Positions 53,858 to 64,000 of a stretch of DNA of 64,000 nucleotides are shown here, in pieces. Under the pieces are notes generated by a model, which saw only the letters and a list, made by a program, of their open reading frames with translations, was not told the origin of the DNA and did not search any database. The stretch is taken from positions 29,016,001 through 29,080,000 of the forward strand of contig OX597826.1 in assembly GCA_951406725.2 (NCBI GenBank), read 5' to 3'. Position 1 is the first letter of the stretch, and every line of letters starts with the position of its first letter. A program made the position numbers and the translations under genes. Origin of the DNA: Octopus vulgaris (taxonomy: Eukaryota).

Positions 53858-55299
53858 ACACTTAGCTTATCTTCGCTATTATATTCGCGTGAAGAAGCTC
53901 CTCTCAACCTCACTCAGCACCACCGAATCTTCTGCCTGTCTGTCTGCTTTGCTTGACCGCCAGCAGTATTTTCATCTGACTGACCATCACTGTCTGTCTG
54001 TCTGTCTGTTCGTCTGCCTTATCTGCCAGTCTTTATGCGTATTTGCCCGTATGTCTGTCCACCTGCTTTCTTTGTGTCTAACGATCTGTCTTATATATTT
54101 TTATATAACACTTCTCCCTAAAGACAGAGAGATTTGAGGAAGACAGAGAGAGAGGAGGGGGAGTGATATAGAGAGGGGCAGAAAGAGAGAGAGAGAGAGA
54201 CTGGCAGACGGAACAAAAGAGCAGGAGAGACATATATAGAAGAGACGTCGATGAAGAGATTGAAGAAGGAGAGAAATAACTCTGCAAACGGAAAATGCCA
54301 AAATCACTCTCCACTAGCGGAACGAATAACGGTCACTTGAACCAGCAGCACCGACTGCTTTCTTTCCTTGCTTCCTCTCTATCATTCATTCCAGCAGAGT
54401 TAGAACTAGAGAGAGAGGGGATAGATAGATAGAGATAGAAATAGAGAGAGTAGGAGGGGATGACAGAGATTGGTGAGTGAAAGTAAGAGAGCAGGAGTGG
54501 AAGGAAATTCCATCTAACCTCTTCACTCTGGCAACCAAGGCAACGCTTATCGAACCAGGCAAATCGAATTCCACCGCTTGCCAAAGTGCAAGAATTAGGA
54601 ATTGGCATGGCAGCAGCTTGCTATTTACGAATGCAAATGTAAAAGAATTTCTCACGGCTAATTATTGTTCCATCTATTTTTGCAAGGCTTGTTTCAGAAT
54701 ATTCCTCGTCGGTCGTTTGCCTCTCTGCTTCACTGTTGTGATAATGGTGGTGGTGATGGTGGTGGCGGTGGTGGTGGTGGTGGTGATGGTAGTGGTAGTG
54801 GTAGTGGTGGTGGTGGTGGTGGTGCTTGTGGTGCCGGTGGTGGCGGCGGCGGCGGCGGTAAGAGTGGGGGAGCGTGGTTATGGTACTGGTTGTTATTGTG
54901 GTTATGGTGGAGGTGATACTGGTGGTGGTGGTGGTCACGATGGTGGTTTTGGTTGCGGTGATAGTAGCATTGATGCTGGCGTGATTGTAGTGATGGTGGT
55001 GGCGGCGGTGGTGGTGGTCACGATGGTTGTGCTGGCTGTGCAGGTTCGCGTGGTTGTGGTCGTAATTGTGTTTGTGGCTGTAGTTGAAGTAATGGCTGAA
55101 TTTGTTCGACGCACTAACGATCCTTCCTTTTTCTCTACGCGCCATTCCCCGGTAAATAATGTCCGTTAGCCTATTATGTTAACCTCGCATTGATGAAAAA
55201 CAAATTCGATTTCAGCGGGATTTGAACTCAGAGCGTAAAGTAATCTACCTTACGTACTTCAAGACATTTCGTTCGTCATTTGTAGCCTTAATCGACTTA

Positions 55300-55515
55300 A
55301 AGGTGACAATCTGGCAGAATCGTTAGCACACCGGGCGAAATGCTTTGCGGCATTTTGTTCATCTTTACGTTCTGAGTTCAAATGCCGTCGATCGACTTTA
55401 TCTTTTATTCTTTTGGGGTCGATTAAACAAGTATCAACTGATCACCGGGGTCATTGTATTCGACTTGGCCTCTCCTTCGGAAATTGCAAGCCTTGTGCTT
55501 ATAGTAGAAAGGATT
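55300..55515 (+). mobile_element. SINE family B, diverged
   Basis: CTGGCAGAATCGTTAGCACACCGGGCGAAATGCT. Confidence 0.8.
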
Positions 55516-55904
55516 ATTGTTACCAATAAAAATTTATTTTGGTAACAGCATGCCCAACAGCAGATTATACGGAAAATCGGAATTTATTAAAACGAAATTC
55601 AGTAGAAATATTTTCCAAACGCGTAATTTATTGCATAGCAACATAGCTTCTTTAATATTAATCAAGCTACATTTAAATTTCCTGACCATTTACGTAGAGG
55701 AAGAAGGAACGTGTTCACATAGAGATTACGGAGAGTCAATTTGTTTCGGATATCTGGCGGTTTTAATAGTTGTACAAAATATTATTCAAAGCACTAATCG
55801 CTTATTTGAAGAAATACGTGTAGCTTCGTAGATCATTTCTTTCTTTAAAACATCAGGGGTTTTACAGTAAACGGTTGTTAGAATAAGGGAGCTGTTTAAG
55901 CTAT

Positions 55905-56285
55905 GGTCGCGTGGTAGAAAATGCTTGCTTTGTAACCATGTATCTTAGGTTCAGTCCCACTGTGCGGCACCTTGGGCAAGTGTCTCTTATGATAGCCGCG
56001 CGGGTTCACCAATGCCGATGGAAACTGGAACAAGCCCGTTGTGTGCGTGTGTGTGTGTGTGTGTGTCTGTCTGTCTGTCTGCTTATCTGTGTGTGCCTTT
56101 GTGTTTGTCCCTCAGCACCACTTGACAACCGGTGTTGGTTTGTTTACCAACCGGATTGTCACCAACCGACTCGGCAAAAGAGACCGACAGAATAATGATA
56201 CGTACAAGAAGGGGGTCAATTTGGTCAGCTAAACCCTTCAAGGTGGTGCCCCGACATGGCCGTAGGCCAATGACTGAAACAAGTA
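55905..56285 (+). mobile_element. SINE family A, diverged
   Basis: Family motifs present. Confidence 0.8.
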
Positions 56286-56473
56286 CAGTAATCCCACGCC
56301 ATATCGCGGTTCACCTATCGCGGGTGTTGTGGTAGGGTGGAACGTAACACGTGCGATAGTCAAGGTATTACTGTAAAAGATAAAACGATATATATATATA
56401 CATACATTAATACAATTGTTTGTTTGTTTTCCACCTGCCTTCGTCTTTTGTCTATTTTCATAAAGCTTCCCGT

Positions 56474-56509
<36 letters not shown>

Positions 56510-56576
56510 GGTCCCGGGTTGATTCGGGGTTAACCACAGTAAGTAAGGTACTCAATACATAGCAGAGTAAAATTAA

Positions 56577-56781
<205 letters not shown>

Positions 56782-56803
56782 ATGTTACATTACTCGGTAG
56801 TCA

Positions 56804-56866
56804 AGATAAAACTCTGAGTTTCAGATGCCGAAGTGGAAATCCACAACACCATCTCTTCGGTTATCT
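56804..56866 (-). ncRNA. Type I hammerhead-like motif
   Basis: AGATAA-CCGAAGA-GATG...CATC-T-GAAA-CTCAGAG-TT-TTATCT; 6-bp stem I; U4C core. Confidence 0.55.
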
Positions 56867-56930
56867 GGCTATTTACATAATATTGAGGTCTCTTTCTTTC
56901 TTTTGTTATCTTACCGTTTTATCAATATAT

Positions 56931-56975
<45 letters not shown>

Positions 56976-57001
56976 TACACACACACACACACACACATAC
57001 A

Positions 57002-57314
57002 GGTGGAGGCGCAATGGCCCAGTGGTTAGGGCAGCGGTCGCGGTCGTAGGATCGTGGTTTCGATTCCCAGACCCGGCGTTGTGAGTGTTTATTGAGTGAA
57101 AACACCTAAAAGCTCCACGAGGCTCCGGCAGGGGGTGGTGGAGATCCCTGCTGTACTCTTTCGCCACAACTTTCTCTCACTTTTTCTTCTGTTGGTCTGC
57201 TCACTTAGCCTGCGAGGTGGCGTCATTTGAAGGCTAAAACAATGAGAAGCGCATTGTGACCAGCGATGTGTAGCAACATCTGATAGCCTGGTCGGTCACG
57301 GTGATCACGGTGAT
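57002..57314 (+). mobile_element. SINE family D, full length, with RTE-related tail
   Basis: tRNA-like head with boxes A and B; tail resembles the 3' end of the RTE at 62691-62741. Confidence 0.85.
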
Positions 57315-57489
57315 ATATATATATATACAGATACATTGTGAGAATTTACAAAAAACAAAAGGCGAAGACGGGTGTGTAAACAACAAACGGATGTATTTAA
57401 CACTCGGGAAGGGAGAAAGTCTTTTACGTTTCGACAGAAATAAGCAGGGAGAGAAAATAGAAAAGGGCTTTGTTGCTAGCAATCTATCA

Positions 57490-57690
57490 TGGCCTTAATC
57501 GAACAAATCGACCCTAGGACTTATTTTTACTTTTTGAAGCCCAGTACATATTCTGTCGGTTTCTTTTGCCGAACTGTTAAGTTACGGGGACGTAAGGACA
57601 TCGTCACCGGTTGTCATGCGGTGGTGGGGGACAAATACAGACACAAACCACACAAACACACAGACACACACACACGCACACACAGACACA

Positions 57691-57758
<68 letters not shown>

Positions 57759-57925
57759 CACATACATATAATCGACGGGCTCTTTTTCAGTTTCCGTCTA
57801 CTAAATCCACTCACAAGGCTTTGCTTGGCCCGAGCCTACAGTAATAGGCATTTGCCCAAGGTGCCACGCAGTGAAACTGAACCCAGAACCTCCATGTAGT
57901 TGAGAAGCAAGCTTCTTACCACAAG
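57490..57925 (-). mobile_element. SINE family A
   Basis: Family motifs present. Confidence 0.85.
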
Positions 57926-58090
57926 CGACTTTTAAATAAAGGCGTTGACCGTATACGTTGAGGAACAAGGGATACGTTTCAAAAAGATTCATAGGTGGTT
58001 AAAAAGCTCTCTTTACAACCACGTCGTTTCAGATTCCGTCCCACTGCGTGACACTTTGGGCAAGTATTTTCGTCTGTACTCCCAGACGCG

Positions 58091-58752
58091 AATTTTTTTC
58101 CCACGAGAGTTCCGGACCCCCAGTAATGAGCTCATTTGCATACAGTCAATCAGAGCTCACCTTAACCTTGTTGTACACAAACAACTACGCAGAGACAGCC
58201 ATGCCGATAACGAAGGATGAGATCCGTTCAGCCCTCAGGTTATGCCTAGACGCAAAGCCCAACATAACTTTAGTGAATGTGTTAAAAACAACCAATTTCC
58301 TGGTAAAACACACTCTACCAAATAAAGTCAAGACGAAGAACGGTGTTGTAAGACGACCGATCGCCAAGTTATGCCTGATTTTAGGAGACAAGTAATTAGA
58401 TAGATTTGCATCTATACCTATTATCGGATTTTGTTAGGGCCCCATATTAAAGATATGGATGGGGAAATATGGGTAGAGGGTGATGTGCTTGCAATCCTCA
58501 TCCTTTACTGTTTTACAAAGTAAACAACAACACAAATAACTACGCAGAGGTAGCCATGGTTGAAACAAGAACAAGAACAAATATTCTTAGTAAGAGAAAA
58601 GAAGTATGATCATTCCTCATCCAAATGACCTTATCTTATCGCCCATCACTTGTTTATGCGCTCATAAATTAGTTTGATAGATGAGCTCTGATTGACTATA
58701 TGCAAATGAGTTCATAACTGGGGTCCGGAACTCTCGTGGGAAAAACATTACA
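58091..58752. mobile_element. MITE-like insertion with ~65-bp TIRs interrupting a SINE A
   Basis: TTTTTCCCACGAGAGTTCCGGACCCC...CAGAGCTCA and its reverse complement at 58682-58745; SINE A halves on either side. Confidence 0.8.
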
Positions 58753-59427
58753 CGTCCCGGACCGACCAACGTCTTGTGAGTGGATTTTGTAGATGAATAC
58801 TGTGTGGAAGCCCGTTGTATATATACGTATATATAAATACACATACATACACATATGCGTACACACAGACATTATATGCACACACACAGACACACGGTGA
58901 ATCTCCCTGAGAACTACGTTAGGGGTACACGTGTCTGTGGATTGCTCAGCCACTTGTGTATGACTTTGTATCTATGTTAGATACCTCTACACACGCACAC
59001 ACATACACCAACTGATAACCGGTGTTGGTTTGCTTATGTCCTCGTAACATAGCGGCTGCCGGTAAAGGAAACCGATAGAATATCAGACTAACAAAAAAAA
59101 AAGCATAAGTACAGAGGGCTATCGACGTATTTGACGAAAGAAAAGCCCTAAAGAGGCGATACCCCAGAATGGCCGTCAATCTAATGACTGGCGTGGATAA
59201 AAAGGTAAAAGAATATAGAAACAATTTCTTACAGATAGCAGTGATCTCAATGGTGGAACTAGACAGACAGACAGGCGGACAGATGATAGGTTAGAGCTAG
59301 ATATGTTCAGTACGTGTTTTCTACCCTCCTGAAACAGCTGTCGAATTATAAAATATTGTGTATTCTCTTTAGTATTGTGTATTTTTTATGCTCTTTGTAA
59401 GTATATTTGTGTATGTATGTGTATGTG

Positions 59428-59725
59428 TGTGAAGGCGCATTGATCAGTAGTTAGAGCGTCGAGCTTACGATCGTGAGGTTGTGAGTTCGATTCCTGGACC
59501 GGGCAGCGTGTTGTGTTCCTGAGCAAGACACTTTATTTCACGTTGTTCCAGTTCACTCAGCTGTAGAGATGAGTTCCGACGTCACTGGTGCCAAGCTGTA
59601 TCAGCCTTTGCCTTTCTCTTGGATAACATCAGTGGCGTAAGAGGGGAGGCTGGTATGCATGGGCGACTGCTGGTCTTCCATAAACAAACCTTGCTCAGAC
59701 TTTCTAGGTGCAATCCCATGGTCAT
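59428..59725 (+). mobile_element. SINE family C with tail 2
   Basis: tRNA-Arg(ACG)-like head, CCTGAGCAAGACACTTTATTTCACG core. Confidence 0.85.
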
Positions 59726-59967
59726 CCCATTCCACCCATGTGTGTGTGTGTGTGTCTTTGTGTGCCTGACACAGATAGTCAAGGAGTGGCGGAGGATACA
59801 CACAAACACAAACACATACACATATACATATATACCTTGGGCTTCTATGCAGTTTCTATCGACCACATTTACTTGCAACGCTTTGGTCAGCCCAGGGCTA
59901 TATAAATAGAAAACACTTGCCGAGGGGTCCACGGATTATGCTTCAACTTTATTTACTTTTACGGTGT

Positions 59968-60297
59968 GAAGGCGCGTGGCTTAGTGGTTAGGGCATTCGG
60001 CTCATGGTCATAAGGTCGTGAGTTCAATTCCCAGCGACGCGTTGTGTCCTTGAGCAAGACACTTTATTTCACGTTGCTCCAGTCCATTCAGCTGGCAAAA
60101 ATGAGTTGTACCTGTATTTCAAAGGGCCGGCCTTGTCACACTCTGTGTCACGCTGAATCTCCCCGAGAACTACGTTAGGGGTACGTGTGTCTGTGGATTG
60201 CTCAGCCACTTGCACGTTAATTTCACGAGTAAGCTGTTCCGTCGATCGTATCAGCTGGGACCCTCGTCGTCGTAATAGACGGAGTGCTAAAAAAAAA
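59968..60297 (+). mobile_element. SINE family C with tail 1, A-tail and 9-bp TSD
   Basis: TTACGGTGT at 59959-59967 and 60298-60306. Confidence 0.9.
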
Positions 60298-60552
60298 TTA
60301 CGGTGTAGTAAAAAGGCCCTTATTTATTTTAATTACACTGCAACTTTCCGAGTAGATCGTGTAACGCAGATCTGCTTGAGATTTAGTGATGTGTGCAGAA
60401 GAGGCTAGCATTCAGCTCTCATTGAAATTGTTATCATAGGAGGAGGACATAGTTTCAGCACCGTTTAACCTTAAGAGACGAATGGGGAAGATAGTAAGAG
60501 GAATAGTGAGAGGGTGATTGTGATCAACGTCTCCTACAAAAGAAGACAACGA

Positions 60553-60950
60553 CAGGAGTAGGCGTGGCTGCGTGGTAAGAAGTTTGCTTCTCAACTACAC
60601 ATTTCCGGATTCAGTCCCACCGCGTGGCACCTTGGGAAAAGTGTCTTTTACTATAGTTGCCTCGGCCCCGGCCAAAAAGCCTTGAGAGTGGGTTTGGCAG
60701 ACGGAAACTGAAAGAAACCCATCCTCTGTGTGTGTGTGTGTGTGAATGAATAGATAGATGGATGGATGCGTGTTTGTGTTTGTTCCTCACTAGCGGTTCG
60801 GCAAACAGACACCCACAGAATACCTGACGTTAAAAAAAGGAATTTTAAAAAATGTACTGGAGTAGTTTTTCTTCGACTAAAAAATTCTTCAAGGCGATGG
60901 TGCCCCAGCATGGCCACAGTCTTAATGACTGAACAAGTGAAAGAATACAA
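60553..60950 (+). mobile_element. SINE family A, diverged
   Basis: Family motifs present. Confidence 0.8.
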
Positions 60951-60979
60951 TAAAAAGTGTTAGTTAAAAGAGAGATAGA

Positions 60980-61187
60980 GAGAGGAGAGAGCGAGAGGAG
61001 AAAGAGAGAGGAGAGAGCGACAGGAGAAAGAGAGAGGAGAGAGCGAGAGGAGAAAGAGAGAGGAGAGAGCGAGAGGAGAAAGAGAGAGGAGAGAGCGAGA
61101 GGAGAAAGAGAGAGGAGAGAGCGAGAGGAGAAAGAGAGAGGAGAGAGCGAGAGGAGAAAGAGAGAGGAGAGAGCGAGAGGAGAAAGA
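60980..61187. repeat. 26-bp purine-rich minisatellite, about 8 units
   Basis: AGAGGAGAGAGCGAGAGGAGAAAGAG repeated. Confidence 0.9.
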
Positions 61188-61671
61188 AAGACACAAACAC
61201 AAACGAGACAGGCAGGCAGTCAGGCAGGCAGTCAGGCAGGCAGACAAACAGAGAAGAGAGAGAGGGCGAGTGAAAGAGAGAGAGAGAGAGGGACCATACC
61301 GTGTTCGTCTCGATCAAGAACGACGAGCAGCGCACACTTGTCTGTAGATTGTGATTTTGTATCTGAGGTCGCTAAAGTTGACTTTGATAATTCGTTGATG
61401 ATGCTTGAGATGTTTTCACTGGTTGTGTGTAGTGTGCGTGTGTTGTGTGTGTGTGTATGTGCAAGTGTGTGTATGTGCATGTGTGCATGCGTGTGCATGT
61501 GTGCGTGCGTGTGTGTGTGCGTGTGTGCGTGAGTGTGTGTGCGTGTGTGCGTGAGTGTGCGTGCGTGTGTGCGTGAGTGTGCGTGCGTGTGTGTGTGTAT
61601 GCGTGCGTGGGTGGGTAGTTGTGTGCCGCTTTTTAGATAGATAGACATTGACAGACAGACAAATAGATAGA

Positions 61672-61743
<72 letters not shown>

Positions 61744-61831
61744 CAGACAGATAGCTAGATGATAGACGGACAGACAGATAGATAGCTATGTATGTAGATA
61801 GAGAGAGAGGGGGAGGAGAGATCGATGGATG

Positions 61832-61878
<47 letters not shown>

Positions 61879-62012
61879 GATATACAGACAGACAGATATG
61901 TATGTAGATAAATAGAGAGGGGGATAGACAGACAGTCAGACAGACAGACAAACAGACAGACAGATAGATGATAGACAGGCAGACAGATAGATTAGATAGT
62001 TATGTATGTAGG

Positions 62013-62089
<77 letters not shown>

Positions 62090-62685
62090 CTAATCTAGGT
62101 TGTCATTATTTTGTATCTGAAGTCGCTAAAGTTGTTTTTCATTTGTTCTATTTTAAGTTGTCGCTCTGCCTACTCCATATTACAATACTGGAAGGATACC
62201 CGGTGTTGCCCGAAAAATATTGCGCAGCTGGTTAGCAGTGTCGTTGTTCATGCACGAATTTAGTATTTCAAACACCTTATTTATATATCTGCACTCTAAA
62301 GGGAAAACACACACACATACACACACTCAGCAATATACTCCCACATCAACATATACGTAAATGCGCACACATATTTATACCCACATAAATACATGTATAT
62401 AAGTGTACATACACACATATATACGCAGACACATTCAAATACAAACGTATGCATCTACGTATGTATATGTTTATACATGTGTGTGTGTGTGTGTGTACGT
62501 GTGTGTGTGTGTGTCTGTGTAGTATGTATATCTCTATCTATATCTCTCTATGTATGTGTAATATATAATATTGCATACATACATTCATACATACATACAT
62601 ACATACATACATACATACATACATACATACATACATACATACATACATACATACATACATACATACATGCATACGTCAATGTATG

Positions 62686-64000
62686 ACTGTACCGACCAGG
62701 CAATCATATGTTGTAATACCTTGTCATACACAATTCACTTCCAATTCTTTCTTGATTTCGCCATTCTTTTCCAGATCGTTTAAACTAATTCGATTTCCCA
62801 TCATCATGGAAGCCTTCCAGATAACCTTTTCTAATTCTTTAGATGCCACCCAGCAGCTTCACAAGTCCACCAGTTATCTGTGAACTTTGCGACATGTTCG
62901 CCCCAGCGAAATTGTGCTTTCTGTCTTCTGCGATCGCTCCGTCCTCGGATTACCTTATCTGGCTTATACCGTAAATCCTCGAGTATAATCCACATTTTTT
63001 CCCCAAAATTTAAAGGTCAATATCCCAAGTGTGTATTATATACGAGGTTAAAAATGAAAAATATTTTCTAAGCAGTGTCCGAGTCTCTATTTGCTGTCCG
63101 GCAATGTTTATTCTGACGCATTTTGTGATGTCGAACGCGAAAATACCTTAGGCTAAGCTTGGAAGCAATGAAGTCATAAAAGAATCATCCATAACTTGCA
63201 ATAAGCAACGTTATTACTGTTATTACTGTTATTTCTTTATTTTCTGCAAACAAAATGCACAAAAAGGCTACATGTTTGTATGATGTTATATATACAATAA
63301 TAATAAAGGACGTTACCGTATACATTTTTACAAACCAAGGACGTTATATTGACTCAAGTTAGAGAAGGAGTGCGTATTATGCACAAGGTTTAGGTTTTTC
63401 AGAAGTACAGCCCCCTAAAAATCCCCTGCGTATTATACACAAGGGCGGACTATACTCGAGGATTTACGGTACTTTCGCGTGGATCTTCTTTCCATGACAT
63501 TTTGCATCGTAGCAAATCGATGTTTTTTTCCCTATTCGTAGCGGTCCGAATCTCACTTGTGAATACGAGCGCATGAAGGATGGTGCTTTTCAAGAGTCTG
63601 GCATGTGTGGTTTTGCCAAGATTTGCTTTGGTTAAATCCTTTATTGAGGTAAACGCCTTCCATTTTGCCTTTATTCTCTTCGAGATTTCAAATTCTACCT
63701 CTCTGGTTTCGGCAACCACATCTCTGGTTAGTAGCTCGCCATTAATGTTCACACCACCTGTCCAGTCAATGTCTCTAATGACGAATTCAAGACAAACGAT
63801 GAAAAGCTTTTGAAAGATGGTATTTCCTTGTTTGACACCCTTCCCAAATGGAATTCATACCGGCGGCGATAGCAAATACAGGATTCATCTGAAGTTCATA
63901 TCTTTGAGCAGTTTGGTGTATTGTACGTGGATTCTGCATTTCCAGAAATTTCGGTACTAAGTTCATTTCGGCGTCGTCGAATGCCTTTTCGCAGCCAACG
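62686..64000 (-). mobile_element. Decayed RTE-clade LINE (RT region to 3' end), runs off the window
   Basis: KGVKQG motif, EISKRIKAKWKAFTSIKD, RWGEHVAKFTDNWWT remnants; (TATG)n tail. Confidence 0.85.
62969..63469. mobile_element. Pogo/Tigger-like MITE nested in the RTE
   Basis: TIR CCGTAAATCCTCGAGTATA at both ends; TA duplication. Confidence 0.9.

Noticed and set aside
54395-54472. Plus-strand exon with strong NAGNAG acceptor and TTG|gtgagt donor
   Set aside because: Stops in all three frames and mostly GA/GATA repeat; a non-coding exon cannot be excluded but is unsupported
57002-57075. Functional tRNA genes at SINE heads
   Set aside because: Cloverleaf incomplete and followed by SINE bodies; these are tRNA-derived promoters only

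Overview
Eukaryotic, AT-rich DNA saturated with microsatellites ((TA)n, (CA)n, (TACA)n, (GATA)n, (ATT)n, (CCA)n, (GA)n) and short interspersed repeats. The repeat content strongly suggests an octopus (coleoid cephalopod) genome; this is inferred from repeat types and not verified. Almost every ORF in the supplied track is a microsatellite artefact, and no intact protein-coding gene is visible. The window looks like a very long intron or intergenic block. It holds about 50 copies of four tRNA-headed SINE families (my labels A-D) and five copies of a ~555 bp (AAT)n-tailed non-coding element (E). It also holds 3' fragments of R4/Dong, RTE, Tx1/L1 and CR1-like LINEs, decayed Tc1/mariner/maT transposons, MITEs, a non-autonomous Helitron and an initiator-tRNA pseudogene. 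Four signals stand out. (1) A dense set of type I hammerhead-ribozyme-like motifs lies in (TA)n-associated Penelope-like repeats, with recurrent non-canonical cores (U4C three times, a U3-A8 compensatory pair). (2) There are frame-preserving phase 1-1 micro-exon candidates on the minus strand: a 24 nt exon followed by a YCAY cluster and a 51 nt exon in UG repeats. (3) The window shows SINE-LINE tail sharing and head/tail shuffling between SINEs. (4) Several long fold-backs could be ADAR substrates. Boundaries of degenerate repeats are approximate and were read by eye.
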